Source: an uncultured virus (IMG/VR IMGVR_UViG_2871731064_000001)
Taxonomy: Duplodnaviria > Heunggongvirae > Uroviricota > Caudoviricetes
IMG/VR virus record: IMGVR_UViG_2871731064_000001
Length of the DNA stretch: 64,000 nt
Reading direction: 5' to 3' (one strand)
The position numbers were made by a program, and so were the translations under genes. A model generated the notes under the pieces. That model was not told the DNA's origin, did no database searches, and saw nothing but the letters and a program-made list of their open reading frames with translations. This document shows positions 7,650 to 17,272 of this stretch, piece after piece (within the stretch, counting starts at the first letter, position 1; every line of letters begins with the position of its first letter).

Positions 7650-10600
7650 GTGGAAAATCCAGCAAACAGGGCGGTGCAGGAGGCGGGATCGGTTGAGGAA
7701 CTGATCCGGCTGGTCATGCGCTTGCACAAACAGCGGACCGTAGTCGCGTTTGGCGTGACCAAGCGTGAAGGCGTGAGTCTTCAGCGTGAGCGCCGGAGTG
7801 CAAACGACAATGCGATCGCACTGCTTAACTCACTGCCGCAGGGCTTCGACGGCAACAAACTGACTGATGAACAGCGCCGGGTACTGGCGGGCTACAGCGG
7901 TGAGGGCGGTCTGGAAGGAAGCGGCGGCAGTCAGTATGAGTACTACACACCGCCATTCATGGCCGAGGGTATATGGGATCTGTTTTCGGATTACGGTATT
8001 ACCAGCGGTCACATGCTGGAGCCGTCAGCCGGTACCGGCGTTTTTCAGGAGACAAAACCAGCTGGCGCTATGATGACGTCAGCAGAGATTTCTGACACGT
8101 CCGGACGTATCAACCAGCTGCTGCACCCGGAGGATGATGTTCGCCTGGGCGCATTTGAGAAGCTGGCGGCATCCGTGCCGGATAACAGCTATGACCACGC
8201 CGTAGGTAACGTGCCGTTTGGCGACTCGCGCACAGGCTTTGCCGAGCTCGACCCGGCTTACCGCGATGAAACCAACGTTGGCCATTACTTTGTGATGCGC
8301 ACCATCGACAAGGTGAAGTACGGCGGGCTGGTGGTGCTGGTGGTTCCTAACGGCATGACCGACGGCGGCGGCAACAACAAGAAGCTGCGCGATCGCGTCT
8401 CCCGCGTGGCGGAGTTCCTGGGCGCGCATCGCATGCCGTCCGGCACTTTTGCCGAAAGCGGCACCGCAACGGTGGTGGATGTGTGGGTACTGCGTAAGCA
8501 TACCGAGGCGCTGACTCAGCTGGTTCATGACAGCGATGATCAGTCTCTTGAGGCGGCAAGCGTGCTGTGGCCAACGTTCATCCGGGGCAAGTGGTTTGAA
8601 ACCGAAGGCCGTCGCTTTGTTCACGGTGAAACCGAGCGATCTGACTTCAATAATATTCTGGTGGTCAAAAAAGATGGCCAGCTGACTAATGAGGCCATGA
8701 AGGCCGCACTGTCACGCCGCTTTGACAGCCGCATTGACTGGGATCAGCTGGGTACCGCTGCTGCTGTCTGGCAGTCGCCGGTTGAAGGCGATAAGCGCCT
8801 CCTGGCTGGCGTCTGGCACACCTACGACGGCACCCGGTTTATCAAAGACGCCACCACGGCATCGAGTGGGATTGATGCGAACCGGTTCGGCGCGGCCACG
8901 TTTGGCGATCTCCAGACAAAAACGCGCACCATTAACGGCATGCTGTCGCTCGATAGCCGCGAACTGTACGCCGCCAGCATCGAATACCCCCAGCTGTTTG
9001 ACGATCGCACCCATGCTGCGATCCGTTTCGCCATGCAGCAGAAACCGGGCCACCGCTGGCGCGTTATGCGTGCCTCGATCATCGGTTTGCGTATCAATGA
9101 CGCGCTGAATACGCAGATGCTGGGCGGCGACGCCAGCGGCATCATTGCCGACGCTGCCCGCCTGGTGAGCGAAGAAGTGGGCCAGTACGGCACGCCGAAA
9201 GGCCTGAAACTGGCGGGGCTGTCTGACGCCAGCGCGAAAGGCTGGCTGAGTTTTCAGGCCAACGTGAGCCGTGAGGGCGATCTGTCAGCGCTGCTGAACG
9301 GCACAATTGACCGCAGCGAAGCCGTGGCAGTCGATTTCTCCAGCCCGGAGCAGGTGGTATCACACCTTTTCAGCGACGTTGATATGGTCCCGGTTGCGCT
9401 GGCCGCTTTCCGTGCCGCGTTTACCGGCCAGCTGCCGGAAGATGACGACGCGCTACTGGCGCACCTGGCGACGTTCCCGGAGATCGCCCTTGATGGCAAC
9501 GGCAACATCATGCCGCTGGCACGCGCCACCAGCGGCAACGTGCGTGGCAAAGTCTCCCGCCTGGCGGGGCTGATTGATGATGCGCCGGACGGCCCGGTAA
9601 AGGCGAACTATGTCCGCCAGCTGGAAGCCATTAACGAGAAGCGCAAGCACACGCCGGTTGAAGACATTACGGTAAACCTCAATGCCCGCTGGCTGGACCG
9701 TCGCCTGATCAAAGAGTTCCTGATCGAGCAGGGCTTTGATGACTTCAAATACTCGCAGGATCTGGAAAACGACAATGGCTATCTGACCGCAGAAGACAAC
9801 TACGCGGGCAAGGACGGCGTTTTCTCTGGCTATCAGGTTCGATCTGTCACCAGCAAAGGCGGCGTGACCGAGTTCAAGCGCGCCAGCTACAAAGACGGCT
9901 TCTACAACCAGCTGGAAAATTACCTCAACGGCGTGAAGCCACGCGGGGTAAACGCCAATGTGTACCTGAAGCGAATCAGTGAGCTGGAGTCGCATTTCAA
10001 TGACTGGCTTCGCACGCATCCGGACGTGGAAAACGTTGTCAGTGATTACAACGACGCCTTTAACGGCTACGTTCCGTTTGAGCACTCTTCTTCCTCGCTG
10101 CAGCTGCAGCAGATCAGCGGCAAACGTCTCCCGCTGAGCTATCAGAATGCCGAAGTCCGGCGCCTGTCAGAAGACGGCCGCGGCATCATGGGCTTTGGAA
10201 CAGGCCTGGGTAAAACCACGACGGCGCTGGCGCTGGAAGCCTACAACTACGAGGTAGGGCGCAGTAAGCGTACCGTTTACGTCGTGCCGAAAGCCGTCCT
10301 CCAGAACTGGTATCACGAAGCGCAGAGCTTCTACAGTGCCGAAGCCTTCCAGAACATGCTGTTTGTCGGGCTGGATGAAGTGCGCGGTGAAGATGGCCAG
10401 ACCATGCAAGCCCAGGAGCGTGACGAGAACAACGAGCCGAAACTGGACAAAGACGGCCAGCCGGTGATGCGTAATGTGGTGAAAGAGTCCGCGGCCGCCA
10501 CTGTGCTTGAGCGCATGAACATGATCCCGGTCTCCAACTACCGCGCCGTGGTAATGACTAAAGAGCAGTTTGGCGATATCCCGATGCGCCCGGAGACTAT

Positions 10601-13600
10601 TGAGGAAAACTCCAGCCAGGCAGTCTTTAACCAGATTGAGAATGGCCGCACGGACCTGATGAAGTCCACGCACCGCGCCGCCACGTCCCGTAACAAACTC
10701 CGCGACAAAGCCGCCGATACCGGCACGAAGAAAAAGAGCCAGATCCCTTACTTTGAGGATATGCACTTTGACAGCGTGATCGCAGACGAAGGGCATAACT
10801 ACCGCAACTCGCACAGCGCCGGACGCGAAGCAGGCCAGCTGGCCTACCTGCCTAATCCGTCTGTCTCCAAGATTGCCCGCGATATGGCCGTAAAAAGCCA
10901 GTACATGATGAAAAAGTACAACGGCCGCGGCGTCGTTATGCTGACCGCAACGCCGCTGGTTAACTCACCGATTGACGCCTTTAACATGCTGTCACACGTC
11001 GTGTCGCTGGATGAGTGGAAGGCGATGGGGATACTGACGCCGGATGACTTTGTGCGCGTATTCGGTGAAACCGACACTGTTACTGTCCAGAAGATTTCAG
11101 GCGAACTGGAGGACAAGCAGGGGCTGGTAGGCTTCAAAAACCTTGATGGTCTGCGCGGCATCTTCCATCGCTGGACGACGCTTAAATCTGCTGCTGACGT
11201 GAAAGACAGCGTGAAGATCCCAGGCCTCGACGAGAAAACCGTTGGCGTGCCGATGACGCGGGACCAGAAGGAGCTTTATGAAGAGCTCCGCGTGCGCGCC
11301 AGCCGTATCGGGCAGAAGGAAATCGTACAGGACAATGGTGACGGCCACATTTCCATTGTGCAGAACGACGACGATTTCATTTTCTCTGTTATCCGCGACA
11401 TGGATAAAGTGGTAATCGATCCGGACCTGTACCGCTCCGCTATCACGTTCCGCTTCCGTGAAGAGGACGTAGAACTAGCGAAACAGGTGGCGCGTGCGCT
11501 GCCGGGTGAGGCCGGTGGCCAGCTGCTTGCCGGTGATGATGAAGAGACAGCTGAGGATGTGGAAACCGGCCTTACCGATACGCGCACCAGCAAGGTAGTC
11601 AAAACCACGCTGAAGGATCGCGGGGGCGTCGTGGAGCTGGTGGTGAGCGACACGCTGGAGCAGCAGGTACTGGACGCAATCGCTGCTGCCGGTATCAGTA
11701 TGCAAAACGTCTCACACCCGGTACCGCCAAAGTATGCCGCGCTGATTGAGAACCTGAAGGCAGGCCTGCCGGACGGTAAGCAGATCATTTTCATGGATGA
11801 GAAGTCCCAGCACAACAAGCTGCGCCGCATTATCGCCAGCGCCCTGGGCCTGACAGAGCAGCAGATAGGCATTATCAACGCTACAACAGTCAGCCAGGCG
11901 TCCGGCGTGAAAGTGAAGCCCGTGAAGAAACCGGTTGAGCCGGTGGAGAAAGCGGACGGCAGTTTTAAGGACGGTGCATGGGACAAGTATTATCAGGATC
12001 TGGCGCGCTATGAGGATTATCAGGCCGCAATGAGTGACGCCTCGCTGGCCGGTATGGAAGGGATCGCCGCCGACTACAACGAAGGCCGCACGCCAATCAT
12101 CATCTGCAATAAAAAGGCCGAAGTGGGGATCAACCTGCACAAAGGCACCGCCGATACGCACCATCTGACACTCCCCTGGACGCCAGCAAGTATCGACCAG
12201 CGTAACGGACGCGGCGCCCGCGTGGGCTCTGAGCGCGACACCATGCGCGTGCATTACTACTGTGGCAAAGGGTCATTTGACGAGTTCCGCCTGGAGACGC
12301 TGCAGCGCAAGAAAAACTGGATCAACGACGTCATGAAATCTGACGTATCCAGCATCAGAAACGGTGATGTGGAGTCCAAAGAAGAGCAGAGCCTGCTGCT
12401 GGCCGCTAACCCGGAAGAGCGCCGCGCTCGCGTGGATGCACAGCTGAAAGCTAAGCGTGAAGCGGACCGCCAGCAGGCCGAGCGTGAAGCCGCTGCCGCG
12501 CTGGATATCTACCTGAAGGCAAGCGTTGCGGCTGCTACCCCCGTAGAAGTACTGGAAGACAACATTACCAAGCTGTCTGCTGCCTTTGATGCGATCAACG
12601 GCGATGTTGATGGCTTTCGCGAGGATGTCACCGAAGCTGAAGCCGCCTATAACCTTGAAGTTGAGAAGTATGGCAAACGGTCAGCGGATCAATGGCGCGG
12701 TCAGGATCGTCGCGTAGCGCGTGCTGCACTGCGTGATGGCCTGGCGAAGCAGAAGAAGCTGGAGCAGGAGCTGGGCGGCGCACGTAAGGCACTCACTCGT
12801 TCCAAAAGTGCGGCCAGCACCATCAAGCGCTCCCGCGGGGAAGTAGAGCGCGCCATTAAGTCAGGCACACTTGAAGTCGATCCGGACGTGCTGCGCGCCC
12901 CGGAGCAGTACATGAAACTGCCTGATGGCCAGCTGCTACGAATTGGCGCGACATATGAAATCTGGCTCAACGATGAACGCGAAGAAAAGGGCGTATTCCA
13001 GATTCGTAAATTCTTCCCGGAGAAAAATACGGTTGAGGTAGAGCTTATCCATAAGCCGCTGCGCTGCTATACCGGTCCGAACGTAGGCGGCTTTGCTGAA
13101 ATGCCGTCTGCGCTGGTGGGCGATCGCGTGGATATCACCAGTGACCAGGCAAAAGCGCTCCAGACAGCTGCGAAAGGCATCGAGCCGACAGACTTGGCTG
13201 ACACGCTGAGCCGTGCTGACTTCTACGCGGCCATTCACGCGGGCGTCCTGAATGTGCGCACAGACGGATGGCTGTACCGCGACAGTGACGGCAGGCTGAA
13301 ACTGGCTTACCTCAGCGGCACGATCAGCGCCAGCGAAGAGCGACCGGCTGAAACGTGGCTGTATCCGGACCACAGCGACGAGCAGCTTAAGCGCGAGCTT
13401 TATCAGTACAGCGTGGATAACAACATCTACAGCGCGCAGGGTTTCTTTAAGGCGATGTTTGGCCGCAACTACGACACGGCATTGCAGGCTTACGGGAAGC
13501 AGGCGGGCATGGCGGACGTGGTTAAAGTCTTTAAGCGGCTGGTGGCTGAGTTTGAAGCAAACGACTCCAGAAAGCGGACGATGACCGGCGCAACGGATGA

Positions 13601-14519
13601 AGAAGCGCACGCCGCTTTCCTGGGCGCAGCGCAGGATCGTTACTACTGGAGCAACGTGATCAGTGTTCGCCAGTTCCGTAACGGTATGGAAGGTTTCTCC
13701 AACCGTAACGAGTATGAGGTGATATTCGATCAGCTGCGTAACGAGATGGCCGACGGCAAGATGCAGGCAATCAGGTCACTGACAGAGCAGTATGCCGCCG
13801 CGGCGCTGCAGCAGTTCCGCCAGATGAGCGAAAGTGACAGCCAGGCAGGGGTTGCTGTGCTGCTGGTTAAGTCAAAGTTTGACGCACAATCTGACATTAC
13901 ACGACCGGCCACCATTACCGAATCGCCTGCGGCAGTTTATCTTCGTGCCGGCGTTTCACTGGGCGCGCTCGATGAAGCAGCGATCAGTGCCGAAACGTTT
14001 ACCTCATCCTCCGCCATTATGAGCCGGTTAAATGAGGTTTATGCGTGGCTGGAGCAGATCGAGAAAGGCGGATACCGGGATTACGCTGTAACGTGGGATG
14101 ACTACAAAGGGATGATTACCGGCAAGCTGTCACCTGATGCTGTGAAGGCGCGCCGCGACGAGGCTCAAAGACTAGCAGCGGCAGCGGCAACGACCGTGCG
14201 CACCGCACAGGTACAGAAGCAGTCCGATGGCTTCCAGGTCATGAAAAACGAGCAGGAGCTGGTGGCTTCGCGCAAGTGGAGGAACCGCACCTTTAAAATC
14301 GACTTCCCGGCTGGTGGTGCCTACGTGCTGACGGATACCAGCGACACGCCGGTACTCAAGCGTAAAGCAGTGCGTGACCTCATAAAGGAGAAATACGGCG
14401 CGAAATTCTGGAACTTTGAAGAAGATCCGGTAGCCGGAAACGAGTTCACACAAGCCGCCTGGCTTATCCCTTCCTCCCATGATCTCGATGCGTTACGCAG
14501 CGATATTGTAAACGCATAA
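7650..14519 (+). CDS. darB: DarB anti-restriction protein (N6-MTase plus SNF2-type helicase domains)
   Basis: LEPSAGTGVF and GNVPF methyltransferase motifs; GTGLGKT, DEGH, LTATP and QRNGRGAR helicase motifs; 2289 aa; followed by ulx. Confidence 0.93.
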   Translation: MENPANRAVQEAGSVEELIRLVMRLHKQRTVVAFGVTKREGVSLQRERRSANDNAIALLNSLPQGFDGNKLTDEQRRVLAGYSGEGGLEGSGGSQYEYYTPPFMAEGIWDLFSDYGITSGHMLEPSAGTGVFQETKPAGAMMTSAEISDTSGRINQLLHPEDDVRLGAFEKLAASVPDNSYDHAVGNVPFGDSRTGFAELDPAYRDETNVGHYFVMRTIDKVKYGGLVVLVVPNGMTDGGGNNKKLRDRVSRVAEFLGAHRMPSGTFAESGTATVVDVWVLRKHTEALTQLVHDSDDQSLEAASVLWPTFIRGKWFETEGRRFVHGETERSDFNNILVVKKDGQLTNEAMKAALSRRFDSRIDWDQLGTAAAVWQSPVEGDKRLLAGVWHTYDGTRFIKDATTASSGIDANRFGAATFGDLQTKTRTINGMLSLDSRELYAASIEYPQLFDDRTHAAIRFAMQQKPGHRWRVMRASIIGLRINDALNTQMLGGDASGIIADAARLVSEEVGQYGTPKGLKLAGLSDASAKGWLSFQANVSREGDLSALLNGTIDRSEAVAVDFSSPEQVVSHLFSDVDMVPVALAAFRAAFTGQLPEDDDALLAHLATFPEIALDGNGNIMPLARATSGNVRGKVSRLAGLIDDAPDGPVKANYVRQLEAINEKRKHTPVEDITVNLNARWLDRRLIKEFLIEQGFDDFKYSQDLENDNGYLTAEDNYAGKDGVFSGYQVRSVTSKGGVTEFKRASYKDGFYNQLENYLNGVKPRGVNANVYLKRISELESHFNDWLRTHPDVENVVSDYNDAFNGYVPFEHSSSSLQLQQISGKRLPLSYQNAEVRRLSEDGRGIMGFGTGLGKTTTALALEAYNYEVGRSKRTVYVVPKAVLQNWYHEAQSFYSAEAFQNMLFVGLDEVRGEDGQTMQAQERDENNEPKLDKDGQPVMRNVVKESAAATVLERMNMIPVSNYRAVVMTKEQFGDIPMRPETIEENSSQAVFNQIENGRTDLMKSTHRAATSRNKLRDKAADTGTKKKSQIPYFEDMHFDSVIADEGHNYRNSHSAGREAGQLAYLPNPSVSKIARDMAVKSQYMMKKYNGRGVVMLTATPLVNSPIDAFNMLSHVVSLDEWKAMGILTPDDFVRVFGETDTVTVQKISGELEDKQGLVGFKNLDGLRGIFHRWTTLKSAADVKDSVKIPGLDEKTVGVPMTRDQKELYEELRVRASRIGQKEIVQDNGDGHISIVQNDDDFIFSVIRDMDKVVIDPDLYRSAITFRFREEDVELAKQVARALPGEAGGQLLAGDDEETAEDVETGLTDTRTSKVVKTTLKDRGGVVELVVSDTLEQQVLDAIAAAGISMQNVSHPVPPKYAALIENLKAGLPDGKQIIFMDEKSQHNKLRRIIASALGLTEQQIGIINATTVSQASGVKVKPVKKPVEPVEKADGSFKDGAWDKYYQDLARYEDYQAAMSDASLAGMEGIAADYNEGRTPIIICNKKAEVGINLHKGTADTHHLTLPWTPASIDQRNGRGARVGSERDTMRVHYYCGKGSFDEFRLETLQRKKNWINDVMKSDVSSIRNGDVESKEEQSLLLAANPEERRARVDAQLKAKREADRQQAEREAAAALDIYLKASVAAATPVEVLEDNITKLSAAFDAINGDVDGFREDVTEAEAAYNLEVEKYGKRSADQWRGQDRRVARAALRDGLAKQKKLEQELGGARKALTRSKSAASTIKRSRGEVERAIKSGTLEVDPDVLRAPEQYMKLPDGQLLRIGATYEIWLNDEREEKGVFQIRKFFPEKNTVEVELIHKPLRCYTGPNVGGFAEMPSALVGDRVDITSDQAKALQTAAKGIEPTDLADTLSRADFYAAIHAGVLNVRTDGWLYRDSDGRLKLAYLSGTISASEERPAETWLYPDHSDEQLKRELYQYSVDNNIYSAQGFFKAMFGRNYDTALQAYGKQAGMADVVKVFKRLVAEFEANDSRKRTMTGATDEEAHAAFLGAAQDRYYWSNVISVRQFRNGMEGFSNRNEYEVIFDQLRNEMADGKMQAIRSLTEQYAAAALQQFRQMSESDSQAGVAVLLVKSKFDAQSDITRPATITESPAAVYLRAGVSLGALDEAAISAETFTSSSAIMSRLNEVYAWLEQIEKGGYRDYAVTWDDYKGMITGKLSPDAVKARRDEAQRLAAAAATTVRTAQVQKQSDGFQVMKNEQELVASRKWRNRTFKIDFPAGGAYVLTDTSDTPVLKRKAVRDLIKEKYGAKFWNFEEDPVAGNEFTQAAWLIPSSHDLDALRSDIVNA

Positions 14520-14549
14520 TTCAGGAGCGGCCCGCGAGGGCCGTCTAAT

Positions 14550-14978
14550 ATGACCACACTGATTGATACCATCAAGCCAACTGAGACTTACATTGAAAGC
14601 CTGCTACCACTGGCGCTGGACGGGCGTACCGAAGAAGTATTTTTAGTAAACTATCTGGAAAATTTAGTAAAGCGCGTCAGCAGTACAAGGTTTGCGTATC
14701 GGGCATTTGGCCCGTGGTGGCCTGCAGTCAAAACGTTATTGCTGGAGCGTGCTACTACTAAATTTGGGCAGGTAGTTGAAAGTGATGTAGCTGAAATATA
14801 CTCGCTTTCACGTCCTGCTCTGACGGTCATAGCTGCGCACCTGTACGCTGACGACCGGACAGAAAATGATGCCGTATTCAGCGCGGTGCATCTGCTTCCT
14901 GTAATGCCGTCGGCAGATGATACTGAACCTTACATGTACGTCAGCTATGATGAATCCATAGAGAAAAGAAGATTTTAG
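14550..14978 (+). CDS. ulx: Ulx-like protein (DarB incorporation)
   Basis: Size and position directly after darB; YRAFGPWW motif. Confidence 0.7.
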   Translation: MTTLIDTIKPTETYIESLLPLALDGRTEEVFLVNYLENLVKRVSSTRFAYRAFGPWWPAVKTLLLERATTKFGQVVESDVAEIYSLSRPALTVIAAHLYADDRTENDAVFSAVHLLPVMPSADDTEPYMYVSYDESIEKRRF

Positions 14979-14986
14979 GAGATACC

Positions 14987-15271
14987 GTGCCGCGAGAGAA
15001 TAAACACCTTAAGCTGGAGGAGCTGGAAGCCTATGCCTATGTGAATGGCGCTGAGCTGAGTTTTTACCCCCCAACTGGGGTATTTACGATGCGAGATCGC
15101 CAGAATAGTGAAACATGGGTTTGGGTTATTAATCCTTACACACAGGAGAGAGTTAAGCGGGTACGGGAACTGGATAAAAGTAGCTGGATTTTCGCACTAC
15201 AGGACGCATTAGCACGTCTGAAAAATGCCGGAGAAGCCTTGCCACAGATGAAAAGTGACGAAAAGTCGTGA
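14987..15271 (+). CDS. lxc: Lxc-like C1 co-repressor
   Basis: Position after ulx; residue pattern (L..L..YA..N..E…W..V…T…VR….W) aligns by eye with P1 Lxc. Confidence 0.6.
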   Translation: MPRENKHLKLEELEAYAYVNGAELSFYPPTGVFTMRDRQNSETWVWVINPYTQERVKRVRELDKSSWIFALQDALARLKNAGEALPQMKSDEKS

Positions 15272-15423
15272 TTTTAATTGACGGTAAATTAGAAAACCCT
15301 TAGATTGCATTAAGCAGCTAAGGCGGCGACCAAGAAAAAGCCCGACCATATGGCCGGGCTTTCACTTTTGCAGGGGTTCAGTTTGGCGACGTACACCCCT
15401 GCGCACAACAGAGAGAATATAAC

Positions 15424-15588
15424 ATGAAAAATTTTGCGCAGCGTGATTTTGTTAATGCCACCTCAAACAAGGCTATTACGGCAAAAGTCACGCCTTTTTC
15501 TAATGTGATCGGCAGATTCGTCACACTTTGCCTTAGCACAATCGGTCTTATCTATACCCTGGTGTTCATGTGGATGGCTCACCAGTAA
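15424..15588 (+). CDS. 54-aa protein with a C-terminal TM helix (absent from the ORF track)
   Basis: MKNFAQRD…IGRFVTLCLSTIGLIYTLVFMWMAHQ; GAGAGA upstream. Confidence 0.5.
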   Translation: MKNFAQRDFVNATSNKAITAKVTPFSNVIGRFVTLCLSTIGLIYTLVFMWMAHQ

Positions 15589-15724
15589 AAAGGTAACTGC
15601 CTGTAATGACTATCTTTCAAAGATGTAGATTACAGGCTTGTTTTTTCCCGTCTCAGCGTTAAAAATACCCCCCAACGCAGATCCATCTTTTAGACTAATT
15701 AATCATCGGTTGGCAAATCCGGAT

Positions 15725-16315
15725 ATGCGCTTCAGTGAAGAGTGGTTGCACTCTTATAAAAAAAATCAAAAAAACCGCACCAGAACAGCAGAAAAATCTG
15801 CTGGCGGAGCGTCGGTAAAATCCGGCAAAGCGTCTGCATGGTTGGCGGCAGTTATTGAAATATCGGTTCACGCAAAAGCGCTGGCCGCTCTCGTCAAAAA
15901 TCCCGATCTGCGCAAAGGCAGGCAAGAGCATTACGATCAGGTTCGAATCTTTGACCATTTTCACCGTCACAACAGGGTTATTTATGACCATCTGTTTGCC
16001 GTACCTAACGGAGGATTTCGCTTAAAGACGACCGCCGCAGCAATTGAGGCTGAAGGCGCAAAGCGGGGCGTTCCGGATATGTCCCTGGAAATACCGGCAG
16101 GCGTCTATCACGGAATGCGTGTAGAGCAGAAACACGGTAAGCGTATGCCTTCAGAGCATCAGGTGACGTGGATGCGTCGCCTTAAGGAGCAGGGGTATTA
16201 CGTTCTTTTATCATTTTCACCTGAAGAAACAATCAGCGTGATGGAACAGTATGCGGTTCTTAAAGCAGGTGAAGTAATGCCAGCACATGAGAACGACGGA
16301 TTCTGGAGCGAATAA
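15725..16315 (+). CDS. VRR-NUC domain nuclease
   Basis: EH..Q…FAVPNGG.R…EG.KRGVPD…EQK…S.HQ..W…L…GY; start moved to the ATG at 15725. Confidence 0.85.
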   Translation: MRFSEEWLHSYKKNQKNRTRTAEKSAGGASVKSGKASAWLAAVIEISVHAKALAALVKNPDLRKGRQEHYDQVRIFDHFHRHNRVIYDHLFAVPNGGFRLKTTAAAIEAEGAKRGVPDMSLEIPAGVYHGMRVEQKHGKRMPSEHQVTWMRRLKEQGYYVLLSFSPEETISVMEQYAVLKAGEVMPAHENDGFWSE

Positions 16316-16834
16316 GTGCTTTTTGATGCGCAATTTTTTACCGGATGCCCCACGTTCGAGCAGTATGCGCGCCGTAATAAGACGCGAAACAGCTTGGGAC
16401 GGGGGCTTTCGGTTTTTGCCGACATTGCTATGGACGTCGGCATTTTCAAAGTACCGAAGCAGGAGCTTATGACGCGCAGCGGCATGAGCAACCGCCAGCT
16501 GAATTATTTCGGCGGCGTGAGGGGGATTAGCTACATCTTGAGAAAATCATTAACAGAAGGACGCGGACGCATGACAACGGCACAGATCGAAGGTTTGAGC
16601 AAAATTGGAATCGGTGCCATTACGTGCAGCTACGACCAGGCCTTACTGAGAATGAAAGAAGATCCGGAATTGCTGATGCGTCGGGAAGCGTGGGAGGCGG
16701 GTTATTTTGTGTCGCTTGAGCAGGAGCATGAAGGCTGTGACGTGCTGATGCTGACCCGACCGGACGGCGGCGTGGAAATGCACGACCTGAGCATTAACGA
16801 TATGCGCGTAACTGACTGGGTGGAAGTCGCCTGA
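16316..16834 (+). CDS. Two-domain protein with a C-terminal DUF2829/Tad2-like domain
   Basis: YDQALLRMK…MRREAW…LSINDMRVTDWVEV. Confidence 0.55.
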   Translation: MLFDAQFFTGCPTFEQYARRNKTRNSLGRGLSVFADIAMDVGIFKVPKQELMTRSGMSNRQLNYFGGVRGISYILRKSLTEGRGRMTTAQIEGLSKIGIGAITCSYDQALLRMKEDPELLMRREAWEAGYFVSLEQEHEGCDVLMLTRPDGGVEMHDLSINDMRVTDWVEVA

Positions 16835-17130
16835 TGGGCCAGAATAAGCCATTTCACTATCATACGATTTGCTACATGGGTGATAACGGTAAGATGCGAT
16901 CCGGGGTTGTCCAGTTGGCCACACGTCAGATATCCCGTCAGGCGCTGGAGAACGTTCGGGCTACGCTGAGCTTTGACGAAAACGCAGTACTGGTCTCGCA
17001 TAGCTACCTGGGGCGGATGACGCAGGCAGAGTATGAGTCAGGCGATATCAAAGTACCCTCTGTATTGCTGAACGTATTGATGATCGTCACTGCTGCTGCC
17101 TTAGTCATAACGGCGTTGAAACTGCTGTAA
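16834..17130 (+). CDS. Hypothetical protein with a C-terminal membrane anchor
   Basis: Translationally coupled (TGATG); hydrophobic C-terminus. Confidence 0.7.
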   Translation: MGQNKPFHYHTICYMGDNGKMRSGVVQLATRQISRQALENVRATLSFDENAVLVSHSYLGRMTQAEYESGDIKVPSVLLNVLMIVTAAALVITALKLL

Positions 17131-17192
17131 TCCTTTGCTGGTGGCAGAGTCCGGAACAATGCCACCAGCTATCCCCCCTAAATCATTAATTG

Positions 17193-17213
17193 AAATCTAA
17201 GAAAACTCTTAGA
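17193..17213. promoter_or_regulatory. Putative bivalent C1 operator
   Basis: AAATCTAAGAAAACTCTTAGA, identical to 18593-18613; TCTAA-N8-TTAGA. Confidence 0.7.
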
Positions 17214-17272
17214 CAGTGGTCAATTTCGGGTTATCATCCGCCGCAAATAACACGCGGATCTGATAACACATT

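Noticed and set aside
7830..14575. Many 60-240 aa ORFs antisense or out of frame within darB (and similarly within prt, pacB, umuC, dmt and the tail genes)
   Set aside because: Shadow ORFs of GC-rich coding sequence, with no RBS or motifs
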